Of a stretch of 41,161 nucleotides of DNA, positions 11,307-21,842 are shown in pieces. Source of the stretch: Lophium mytilinum (Eukaryota); assembly GCA_010093605.1 (NCBI GenBank), contig MU004196.1, forward strand, positions 1,572,606-1,613,766. The letters run 5' to 3'. The position numbers were made by a program, and so were the translations under genes. Below the pieces are notes generated by a model, which was given only the letters and a program-made list of their open reading frames with translations, was not told the origin of the DNA and searched no databases. How positions within the stretch are numbered: position 1 is the first letter of the stretch; every line of letters begins with the position of its first letter.

Positions 11307-12359
11307 ATGGAACGTACCATCAAGTCCCAAGACGCGGTGGCCGGCCGAATTCTATGGCTTCCTCCATTCGTAGAAGTGCCCGCGGGCGCAGTAGAGCGAG
11401 TGCGGGGGAAAGGGCCTGTAGATGAGAAGATGTTCAATCATCCTGTCGTTGTTTGTTCCCGACCATGGTCGGCATCGGAAGGCCAAGACAGCCTTGGCTC
11501 GAGAGCTCATTTCCACATCGTACGTATAATCTCTAAGCACTAGCTTGCCATAGCCGCTGACCTGATCACCCGACAGATTACTTCGTTTGGCGGCAAAACC
11601 TTAGCCGAAATGTACGGCAAGACGTCCGATTTCCACCGCCAAAGGCGTCTCAATTACCTCCCTGTCGATCCGGCTCCAGCGCATCCGGACGGGCTTCCAT
11701 CACTGTTCTTGAGTGAGGGAGCCCAGCTGCGGTGGCACTCGTACATCAATGTTGGCGAAATATACGCGATTGATTTGAACTTCCTTTGGACGTACTCTAA
11801 TAAGAAGACGCCGGGGGCGACGGATTTCCATTTGGGGTGGAACTCCTTGAGGCACCTTCGACGGAGAGCCGAAACTCTGACACAATATCGCATTGACCCA
11901 CAGTTTCCAGCAGCTTCTTTCCCTAGCATAACATTTGGAACAAAGGCCGTGAAGTCGAACCGCCCGTACCGCATTCCAACGGGAGAGTTGGAGGATCTCG
12001 AGATCCTTGAACGACCGGTCCCCAACTATTCGACAAAACCATGGATTGAGAATATTCCAGAGGACAGCTACCCAGCAACCGAGGCTATGGTTGTGAGCTG
12101 CCACGAGCATACCCCAGCGCCTACAAGAGTTTGGGAATCGAGCCAGGCTACCGAAGTTGTGATTGCGCGTCATGATGAACGCAGTGACAAGCTCGATAAC
12201 CGGATCCGGGAAGTGCATCGAGATGGCCAGCTAAAGGGATGGCTCGAGAGCTACATCTCCAAAGTTACTTTTGGAGTGCGGAGAGTGCTTGGGATTGCTA
12301 GGTGGATGATCAAGTATCCACTGGGCTATTCGCAAGAAAGAGTTGACTCGCCCGTGTAG
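11307..12359 (+). CDS. Hypothetical protein (~331 aa) with N-terminal PemK/MazF-like motif order; join(11307..11519,11577..12359)
   Basis: Intron 11520-11576 (GTACGT..GCTGAC..CAG) joins the ORFs in frame. Motifs GRILWLP, NHPVVVCS, IITSFGG, SYINVGEIYAID. Confidence 0.75.
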
Positions 12360-12502
12360 ATTTTGACTGGACGGACGAACGTCCGCTAAGAGATTGCATT
12401 GTTGATTTATTGTCTCATTTGTTGGGATGGAGGAGTTATCGGCTGCCTAATGGCTTTTATGGGGCGTCTCGGTAAACGCTCCTTATTCCTGTTCATGTCT
12501 TC

Positions 12503-13621
12503 TCATGTATTCGTCGGGGCGGAGTATCGGTCGATCCACTTGATGGCTTTCATACAAGGCGTCTCGGTATCGGTCTCATCAATAGAACCCATCTTTTTCT
12601 TCGACCCCTCTCCACACGGACTTCTTTGGACGACAGTGAGAAGTACTTGTGCTTTATCCCCGAGAATGTCAGGGTCGGCCAGCATCATTCGAAAGAAAGC
12701 CCAAACCGACTCGTACTGCCATCCCCAACGCAAGGCAACGCTCAAAATCTTGGTAATCAAATCATACTTCCAATCAAGCGACCTCAGATGCTGGAGGAGA
12801 AAGGCAAGGAACGACCACCCGGACGTATCGCTGGGGTTCTTTAGGCACCACTTTTCCGTGTAAGTCGTGGCGGACTCGAGCATGCGTTGGAGGTGGTACA
12901 CCCACGTATTCCCCTCGTCGTCAGTATTCTCGCGGCGGAGTTCGTGGATGATGACTGTGAGCATTGTCCTCGCATGCCGCCAAGCATAATAATTCTTGGG
13001 ATGGCGCTCGCTGGCTTTGAAGACGCAACCTAATTCTGTTTGGATGACCGACCCGGTGAAGTCAAAGTCATCAGCAAGGTCTCGGTGTAAACGCAAGTGC
13101 GAGATGATGTAGCTGCGGTGATGCCAGAGAGTAGGAGATTTGGTCTGCCGATGCAGCGGAGATGTTAAGATGCTATCCAGGAAATCGACTTCTCTCTGCA
13201 GGGCCACGGCTATAGGTTTCCGGTTCTCTTCTGAATATGCTTGTTTGATTTTGTCAATCCTTCTCTTGCGGAAGTTGGCGGCTGTGAGATGCTCTGGGTC
13301 GAATAAGAGGATAATGCGGGTTGATTCTAGGCACAGCTTGGACATGTGAGCTTGGGATGTTCCTAAGCTAAGCTGATATAAACTCACATCTTCGAGATCT
13401 GGGTCATGATTAGTGGCAAAGAACGATTGGCGAGCCTTCAGAAATGCCTGCGTCAGTATCTTCTTTGATACACCGAGGTTGATGCCATCCTGCAACGTCA
13501 AGGTATCCTCAGGCTGCAGCGCAGACGGGATAATCGCGATCTCAACAACGGAACGCTCGTTAGTGGTAAAGAAAGCGTTTAGTTCTTCATAGGCATCGTC
13601 CATCACACGCGATTTAACCAT
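12503..13621 (-). CDS. Protein prenyltransferase alpha-subunit repeat protein (PTAR1/Ecm9-like); probable intron 13387-13337
   Basis: PPTA-type motifs DPEHLTAANFRKR, KSPTLWHHR, ERHPKNYYAWRHAR, NPSDTSGWSFL, YESVWAFFR. Confidence 0.85.
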   Translation of the reverse strand: MVKSRVMDDAYEELNAFFTTNERSVVEIAIIPSALQPEDTLTLQDGINLGVSKKILTQAFLKARQSFFATNHDPDLEDVSLYQLSLGTSQAHMSKLCLESTRIILLFDPEHLTAANFRKRRIDKIKQAYSEENRKPIAVALQREVDFLDSILTSPLHRQTKSPTLWHHRSYIISHLRLHRDLADDFDFTGSVIQTELGCVFKASERHPKNYYAWRHARTMLTVIIHELRRENTDDEGNTWVYHLQRMLESATTYTEKWCLKNPSDTSGWSFLAFLLQHLRSLDWKYDLITKILSVALRWGWQYESVWAFFRMMLADPDILGDKAQVLLTVVQRSPCGEGSKKKMGSIDETDTETPCMKAIKWIDRYSAPTNT

Positions 13622-13785
13622 CCTAGATTCGTGGGATGGGTTAACGACGATGATGCCTGGCCTGGTGTTGAGTTCCCCAAGCGGAGATAATTCGGCCCCT
13701 CCACCTTTCACCTTCAGTCTCGAATTTATGACGCAGCCCCATCTATCACCTCCGCATCCCACACTTCTCGACATCCACAACCACG

Positions 13786-14548
13786 ATGCCGTCTCTGCTA
13801 CTTGTAGTATTCGTGCTACAGCTCGCCCTCCATCTTCTCAACAATGTCGGCGCAAGCTCCGTGAATCAGCTGGTACGCGCGCTCCCACCCATCCTCCCAC
13901 TGAATCTACTGACACGAAACAGCTATGGGTCCTGTACAACAAGCTGCCCACGCCCACCGCCGCAGGGGCCAAAAAGCAAACGATCGCCAAACGCGAAGTG
14001 ATCCGTCTAAAGCGCGAAATGGCGGGCATCTCAGCACAAGACGACTTCGCGCGGTGGGCGAAGGTGCGGCGGCAGCATGACAAGGCTGTTGCGGACTTCG
14101 AGAAGATTGGTATGCACTTATGCACTGACACTAGAAAGATCTATGCTAATGATGTGTGTTCGTGTTTTCAGACGCCAGCCTCCGCACCGCCCAAAACACC
14201 TTCAATACCACTCTCACCACTGTCCGCTGGGTCAGCACCACGGGGCTCCGCTACACACTACAGTTCTGGTATACCAAGCGCGCACTGTTTTGGATCCCGC
14301 GGGGCTGGGTGCCCGGGTATGTGGAGTGGATACTGGCGTTTCCAAGAGCACCGAGAGGGAGTATTAGTATCAATGTGTGGGACGTGGCGTGCGCGAGTTG
14401 TGTGGCCTTGGTGAGCGAAGTTGTTCTCGCTGTGTGGGCGTTGGCAGCCAAGGACAAGGCAGCAGAGAAGGGCGCACAGAATCAGGAGGGGCTAGCCATG
14501 GCGATGCCTGCGATTGAGGGGAGGCGGAATGGGAAGAAGGAGCTGTAG
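13786..14548 (+). CDS. GET1: Get1, ER tail-anchored protein insertase subunit, ~216 aa; join(13786..13872,13923..14109,14172..14548)
   Basis: N-terminal TM segment, coiled coil ISAQDDFARWAKVRRQHDK, FWIPRGWVPGYVEWILAFPRAPRGSISINVW, two canonical introns. Confidence 0.95.
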
Positions 14549-14667
14549 ATACAGCTATGGACTTCAGTTTCACGATGTTACGATAGCGGCACAGATGCAT
14601 CAATACACACACGAAACGATCTTTGAAAAACGATTGATTGTTCCCCTCCGGCAACATCCAGTCCACA

Positions 14668-14778
14668 GGTCTGTCTGCCACCGCTTGGGGTGCTTCGAAT
14701 CATGATCAGAAAAATGAAGTGTTCGTTTTGAACGACTTGGAAAGTCGTTGAGGCCCCTCAAGCGGTGGGAAACAGATG
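14668..14778. mobile_element. MITE-like family copy (~111 bp) downstream of GET1
   Basis: TCTGTCTGCCACCGCTTGGGGTGCTTCGA / TTGAGGCCCCTCAAGCGGTGGGAAACAGATG. Outer arms pair at 16/18. Confidence 0.75.
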
Positions 14779-15417
14779 TGCACCCGAGACTGACGTGGAA
14801 CCACTTCTGAACCTCCTTCAATCCTGAATTCTCTATATACAGATGTCTCTCGCCTTTTAGACGCAAAGTCCTCATAGCTGGAAAGCCAGGACCCAGCAAC
14901 ACGAGTGAGATGACCTTGGCAGGTCGTTGGGCTTATTCTTGGCGTACTTTTTGAACTCGTGAACTATGGGGAAGAAGTATCGCCGAGTCTTCGAAAGCGC
15001 CTGTATCCAGATCTACAAATTTCTACACGTCTAGCTTTTTCGCAGTATGCATCACCAATATGGATGGGTTGGAAGGCGATAGGAGGCGAGGAGCAACTGT
15101 TTGTATCGCTATAGCTTGTGTGTCGTGTGAGATGGTTGGCGAAGTGGTTGGTGTGGGATGTAAAAGTTTGAGAGGCACAAGAGGATGCGAGAAAATTGGG
15201 TAGAGGAGCGGGCCGAGAGTTTTTGCGGTGAGGCTTGGCGCGCACGTGCCCACGCTCCCGCCCCCTGACTTCTGGCCGTAATCCCAGGGCATCTCCATCC
15301 ACTTTCCTACACCAAACATAAGTATGTTTGATACGTATCAATGCCTCACATCTTGCAAGCGAAACATCTTTTCCAGCGTGATTCCATTCTTTTTTATCAA
15401 CCATAGCTTGCTTTACA

Positions 15418-16953
15418 TTATCCTATCAGAATTCCTCTTGCAATCGTCCATTGTCTATTCAACTCGTCAGCTTTACTTGATTCTCACCAGTCTTAGTTCT
15501 TACACATCATCTCCTCCTCTTCGCAAATAGAGAGGGTGAATGGGAATAAACTCACGGCGCGTTCCTCATCCCAAACCGTGTCCTCCTACCCCCAAACGGC
15601 AGAATCCCCAACAGACTCTCTCTTACATATTTCGCGTCGCTTACGCTGCCTACGAGAAACAAGGCCTGTGGTTACGGATCGCGATCAGCAGTCACCTCTA
15701 CGTTCGAGGAAAAGCAAGTCAAACGTACTAGGTGTGGCTCTCCACCTGGGAAGGTTCCAGGGGTACTCAGATGCCCAATCTGCTCAATCTGCGCGCGCAG
15801 GGCGTCTATGAGGATTTGAAATGCGGCGCTTAACAGACCTCTCAATGCATCACTAGTATCTGATCAGCGCCTCTAGTTCTAGGTATTGCATTTACTTACA
15901 TTGACACATTGACCGCAACTCCATCGAAACTAATGTTCCACACCCCATTCTGCGTCCCAAAGTCCGTTAGTATCCTTCCCGTCTCCACACTGATAGTAAT
16001 ACCAAAGCGCTCATCGTTCTCGAAATCTGGGATTGCAGTCCGCAAAGTCGTGGACAAGAGCTGTTCGAGCTTCAATCGTATGTTCAAATCTGTCGCGTGG
16101 ATTGCTTCCGTCGCATTAGCCTGACAGACACTCCCTCAGGCTAGAGTATGTACATACCACCCTCAGTAGTACATCTCCTTAACCCCTGGCCGAAGATTTG
16201 ATAGCCCACCGTGCTCTATCGCCCAGGCCACCTATCATTAGCCAACCCTTTCGCTTTTGGTCTGTTCCGCCAGGGACTCACCACCCTCCCCTCCGAAACC
16301 ACACCAACCACAAATGCATCACCGACCTACACGTCATTAGCTCCAAGCAAGCTCTGGTACCATGTTGCAGTTTGGAGCAAGGCCGTAGCAATCACTCACG
16401 TTCAAGACCCTCTGTGGCCCAGAACTCCAACTCTGGACCATACACTTCGCCACCGCATCCAGCTCCCCCACCACCCTCACTTCAGCCGCACAAACCGACG
16501 CAATCCCATCCGCTACAAGCCTGTTCTTCATCGCCGCCGCCGCCAACTCCACCGGTGGTGGGCTCGAGAAGATCCACCTCGAAGCGAGTTTGAACGCGTC
16601 TAAGTCGATGGCCAGCGCGGTGCAGATGTGCGTGGTCACCAAAGCAATTAGAGGGCCGTAGCTGGTCGTGTATGGTGGTAGGGAAAGCAGGTCAAGCGCG
16701 TCGGCGGGATTGAAATGATGGGCAATTGGGGTGTTTGGGGCGCCGATGCTGCATTGGCGATGTTCGTGCGCTGGGTTTCTACAAAGCGAGATATAGGTTA
16801 CCCCGCCGGGCTGGGGGCGGGGTTGGGAGGCGGAGGAGCTGGAGATGGACGGGATGGAAGGGATGCTGTAGGCGATGTGGGCGATGCTGGAGGATGTTAG
16901 GAATACCGGGATTTGCGGGGAGAGAGGCGGAGGTACTTGGGCTCGCTAGACAT
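15418..16953 (-). CDS. Degenerate Hsp70-like (HSPA12-type, actin-like ATPase fold) protein, ~355 aa, 8 exons: 16953-16937, 16886-16400, 16326-16282, 16215-16158, 16089-15900, 15852-15729, 15665-15556, 15454-15418
   Basis: Seven GT-AG introns with CTRAY branch sites give one open frame of 1068 nt. Contains VVGELDAVA, VGDAFVVGVVSEGRVSTVGYQI, ALFLVGSVSDAKYVRESL and WTIARGILIG* in the order of fungal Hsp70-like motifs. Confidence 0.75.
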
Positions 16954-18605
16954 AGCTATAAAGATAGGATTTGGTATTAGGGGTGATGACATAGCTGGAT
17001 GTGAGATTTTGGAGGATGAGGTTTGAGCTTTTTACTTTCAAAGAACGAGGTGGAGGGCGTAGCGTTTGGATAAGAATGAGGGGTGAGACTTGGTTGAGGT
17101 GGGAGAATCCTGAGTGGTGATGTTCGAAGCACATTCCATCCCGACCTCGATGCAAGCGGAATGTGTGGCGCTCATCGCCTCAAATGCTTGTTACTGTGGC
17201 TGAGGTCGGCTCAAGCTTCCAATGGAACCTTGGGGAGTAAGTATTTGCATATAAGGCGGACGACAATTATCACCTCTACTTTCATCTACCCGTTGAGCCT
17301 CTTATATCCTACGCTCTCTTAATGCTTGCCACCATGCCTCTCGCTTCCTCTACTAGTCCATCATCGTTGCTACATGCCCATTTCCAGCTACCAATCACCA
17401 TTTAACCCATGGAAACGCCGTCTAATACCGACCGCACTATTGGTCTGGGTCTAGAAGAGCTTTATATTGAAACCACCCCTCCCTCGTTCTTTGCGCCAGG
17501 ATCGTCTTCTTCTTTCATTTCCAACCCACAGCCCTCTCGACCACCGACTAGAAAGCAACCAGGCTAGACCTGAATAACTCCCCAAGTCCCGATATCTCAG
17601 ACTCCACCACAGACACGTGGTACAGCCTTTGAGGGATTGCGACTTGCCCACCCAACCCGCTGTCCACATCGCGAAGTTGGATTCTAGCTTTGCAGCTCCC
17701 ATCACCACTTTCGTTTACTTCCCTCACGCCCCATGTACCCTCTTTCAGAACTGGGAGTTGGAGCCAATGGGCTTTTAGCCTCCGAAGGAGTTGGAAACCA
17801 CCTAACAGACACCAGGCACTAACGTGCTCACATTCATGTAGAATGCTTGAGCTTTGAATCCACCAGGGAAGAGATGGGCACAAAACACGTGAAGTACATG
17901 TGACTCATGCGATGCGCTACTAATCTAGGGATATAAAACCTTATTTTCATTCATCATTTCCCAAGAAGCGTGGCGTTCTAGCATCGCGTGCAAACCCGAC
18001 ACTCTGACCTTCCACGGTGTTGGTGCTGTGGGAGCGTCAGTTGCTCTAGCAAACGGATGCTAGGAGCAGACCATGGGAGCGGAGGGCGTGGGAGCAAATT
18101 GGAACGAGGGGGCACATAATAAATGGCTAGGAGGCTGTGAGTTCTCTGCAATAATGATAGTTAGCATCATCCATACAATTCACTACTTAGCAACCGTGGC
18201 CCCGTAGAGTGCCTACAATTTCCAACCACACATGTCAAATCATACCCCAACTTCCACAGCTGACCTCCACCACCGATGAGCTGAGGACGTCGTCAAGCCT
18301 ACCCGCGCTCCGCCCTCCACAGGCCATAGGCAGGGGGGTCCTCCATATATGCCCCACTCCATCAATTCGTTTCATGCTCTTTTTGGATCCCCAACCTCGC
18401 CTCATCAGTCTTTATCGACGTGCAGCTGATGCTGCCGCCATCCACATCGGGTTGGGTCGTGCGGGTGTTGCTCTCCCACGAACCTTCATTGATGTTCCCG
18501 TTCTGAACCTCCACATCATGCGACGCACTCGATATTTTCGATCTCCAAATCCCCTATCTGCTTCCATGGTGCTGAAGACTGCGGCGAAGAGGTTCTTATA
18601 TCTCG

Positions 18606-19096
18606 GAGAGGGGTGGGGGCACCTGAGGCACGTGAGACGCAAAGGATGACTTCGCCCATGGAGTGGAGATGTCATATTTCTGGGCCATATTTCCAAAAAT
18701 TGTTGGGGGATTCTGGACGGTGGTGCGAGTGTGTGAACCAATCCATGCAAGTTTCAAGCGGCCGAAGGCAAACGCGCCGTGGTGTCTAAGTACACCGCCC
18801 TACCACCGTGTCAGGTGGCTTAGGGAGGTTTCCGGTTGGTCAAAACTGTAGAGATCCTCGGGGTCTGAGTGTGCAAACAGGAGTTGAGAGACTTCAGACG
18901 ATGGTGCAAGTGTGCAGACTATTCTCTACACGTTCCATAATCGCCGAAGGTAAAAGCATCACGGCGTTTAGGCACATCGCTCTGCTACCGTCTGAGGTGG
19001 CTCCGCTTGGTTTCCGGTCGTTCAAAACCGTACAGATCGTCGGAATTTGAGCTCGCGAGAATGTACTGAGAGACGTCAGACGGCGGTAGAACGATG
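18606..19096. repeat. Tandem array of ~182-bp units (122-bp palindromic core plus ~60-bp spacer); cores end at ~18733, 18914 and 19096
   Basis: Cores 18793-18914 and 18975-19096 align ungapped at 85/122 by hand count. Spacers 18734-18792 and 18915-18974 are homologous (GCCGAAGGYAAA...GGYGTYTARG). The first core is degenerate. Confidence 0.8.
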
Positions 19097-19265
19097 TAAA
19101 GCAGAAGCAGATTGAGAGTAGAAATTGAGACCCCTCTGGAATAGAGATACCCATATCTCCGAAACCACAAACGCCATACGCCAATCCCACGCCATTACCA
19201 TGCCGTCTGAATGCCCCCGAACTGCTGAAGTAGCCCTTCCACGGCAACCCCGCCCATTTCCTCAT

Positions 19266-20862
19266 TCACACCTTCCCCCTTCCCCACCCCACCTTCATGG
19301 ACCGCACGTAGATAAAGATGCCTGCCGCAATTACCAACACAACGGCACAAAACGTCCACCCCGCCAACAACGCCCGCTGCACAATTTCCATCTTATCCCC
19401 CGGCACTGCCTTCCCCTTCAGCGCCCCAGCAATCGGACTCCCCACCAACCCGCCAAACGCCGCAAGCGTGTACGCCATGCCCATCCGCGTGCCGATTTGG
19501 GACGGATCCGCGGTTAAGTTTGCTAATATAGCCGGACTTAGCGCCGTAAGCGCGCCAGAGACGAATCCGTAGAGGCAGCTCACAGCCGATAGGGACCCCA
19601 GAGTAGTCGTCGCGTACAGGCAGAGGGCGAAGAGGGCGGCCAAGAGCGTACACGGTGTCAGTGTATTGAGGGCGCCCACGCGGTCGGCAATGTAGTTTGG
19701 AATCAGCCTCCCCACGAGGGCGCCGGCGTTCGCAATTGCGAGAAGGTAGAACGAAAAGGAGTCGGCTAGGCCGAGGAGGATGGCGTACTCGGAGATGTAG
19801 AAGTATGGGATGTAGACTGCTGTGATCATGAGGACGAAGCCGGCGGTGAAAATGGTGTACGGCAGGTCCCGGAAATGGTGGAGGTTGAAGGGCTTTGTGG
19901 GCCGTTTAGGGGGGCCGTCACGGAGGCGCATCACGGCAAGGCAGAAGGCGGTGGAGGCAAGCAGGAGGGCGGCGAGGATACGCACGGCCCAGGGGAAGCC
20001 GATGGAGTAGAATAGGTGGCGCAGCATTATGCTGTATGCGACGCCGGCTGTGGTTGCGTAAGTAGTGGGTTCATGATGCAGTACACTGTTCTGACGCCGT
20101 CTGAGGTGCTGCGAGGTGGTTTGAGGTTCGAGAAAACGAATGATGTCGGATTTCGGAAACCACGTCGGGGCACCTCAGACGGTGTCAAACGGAAGTACAC
20201 TCACCGATGTTGCTGCCAGCTGCTGCGATACCCGAACACAATGCCCTCCTCTTCTTGAACCATAGTGGAATCACGGCCTGTGATGTGAGACCTAGCATGC
20301 CCATTCCGAAGCCTACAACCACGCCTTGTAGCAAGAACAACTGCCAATACTTGGTACACTGCGCCGTAAGCAGCATGCCCAGGACTTCGAGCACCATGCC
20401 AGCCACGATAAGGCTACGTAGATATCCGGCATCGAGTGCGACTCCGACAGGCGCACCAACGCCCATTGCCAGGAAAAGCTGGACGCTTCCGATCCAAGAG
20501 ATAGAAGATGCGGACGAGGAGGGGAGGAGGACGTTCATGTAGTAGGCCTGGAAGACGCCGAAGGTATTGGTGAGGCCCCTGGTGTAAGGATTAGTGGGGG
20601 CTTTAGTTGAACATGGCGGCTGAGAGGGTGGAGGAGCTTACCAGGTGGCCGAGCACATGATGCAACTTGCAACTACCTGCAGCCATGCGGTGAGGCCGTG
20701 ATCCATGGGGGGGTCGTCAAGGGACTCTTCAGTGGCTTCTTTGGTGCCTTCTTGGACCACGGGGGTGACGGCGCCGCTCTCTTGGCCACCAGGCTTCAGC
20801 TTCATGGCAGAAGAAGCAGCGGAAGAGTCGGGATCGGTGGGATAGAGGGATGTGGATTGCAT
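19266..20862 (-). CDS. MFS transporter, monocarboxylate-porter (MCT/Mch-like) family, ~458 aa; exons 20862-20642, 20578-20205, 20047-19266
   Basis: PPMDHGLTAWLQVV..TWGLTNTFGVFQAYY, SISWIGSVQ, WFKKRRALCSGIAAAGS, GRLIPNYIADRVG, IGTRMGM, and multiple TM helices. Confidence 0.92.
20084..20195. mobile_element. MITE-like family copy inside MFS intron 2
   Basis: Arms TGACGCCGTCTGAGGTGC (20092-20109) and GCACCTCAGACGGTGTCA (20170-20187) are 17/18 complementary. TA on both flanks. Removal leaves a 43-nt intron. Confidence 0.8.
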
Positions 20863-21509
20863 CGGGAGTCTGATGAAGATGAGGGCACAGTAGGTGCAAT
20901 TGATAGAATTGTTGTTGTAGATGAGTCGAGAACGAGAGGATGAGGTAGCGAGAGTGTCAAGATACGGCCAAAGAAGAGAAGGCAATGCAGGTAGTGTTGC
21001 AGGTGAGGTAGCTTATCTATCGCGATACATGGCCAATAGTGGCGTCCTGTATCGGACTGTGAGGCCTCACTTCCTAAGACGTGGGCGCACAAACGCGGTT
21101 GCCGATTTCGGGACAGTTGGACGTTCTTGATAGCGATAACTGGGCGAACAACCACGAATCGTGCCATCGATCCGGTGTAGGCGTGTCTGGACTACTAGAA
21201 AGAGGTATCGTACGGTTGAGACAACTTGAAGTGGTGGTACGAAGAAAGCCTGATAGGCACATGAAGGCACTGAACGAGCCCTAAGAGACCACAGAGCGTA
21301 GACGAATCGGACGCTTATACGGCTATTACTAGATGAAGGCCACGAAAGATCACGCTAGGGCCGCTTTTTTCCAGAGACACCCCTCTATGGTGACTGAAAA
21401 CCAACACTTGGAAGCTCATGAGTCTCGTAAGGAACAGTAACTTACGTGATCCTTAGCTGAGAGAGGCACACAGGACATGAGAAAGGTGGCACTCGATTCC
21501 GCAGGTGTG

Positions 21510-21633
21510 CGCGTATGTTTGCCGCTGCTTGGAGTGCTTCAATGCATCCTCGAAAACATGAACGAGACAGAAAATCTTAGCTTTGGGCTACATGGAAACT
21601 TGTTGAAGTACTTCAAACAATGGCAAACAGGTG
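21510..21633. mobile_element. MITE-like family copy
   Basis: TGTTTGCCGCTGCTTGGAGTGCTTCAA / TTGAAGTACTTCAAACAATGGCAAACA. Ungapped 84/117 identity to 22868-22984 by hand count. Confidence 0.8.
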
Positions 21634-21842
21634 TACAATGCACGAGACAGAGTGCTTGAGAGTGCCGCTTTTCCCTGTCAAGCGTGGAAGGATCCCTACT
21701 TTTAGTAGATGCAGACGCCGACCCGCTGGACATTCCTGATCGGACGTAACTCCCCGTCCATTGGCACGTGTCTTCGAAGAGGGTATATTTACAAGTATAC
21801 ACTATTCTTACAAATGCCTCCCTAAATATACGCAAACTGGCC

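Noticed and set aside
14640..14940. Long branched hairpin as a structured ncRNA (SRP, RNase P/MRP, U5, telomerase RNA)
   Set aside because: No diagnostic motifs: no SRP helix 8, GCCTTTTAG rather than the U5 loop GCCTTTTAC, no TAACCCTAA template. The stem is explained by the palindromic element at 14668-14778.
18040..18120. H/ACA snoRNA (hairpin, AGACCA, later ACA)
   Set aside because: The second region is G-rich and cannot form the required hairpin.
18606..19096. CRISPR-like array
   Set aside because: Eukaryotic context, repeats too long and diverged, spacers homologous to each other, no cas genes.
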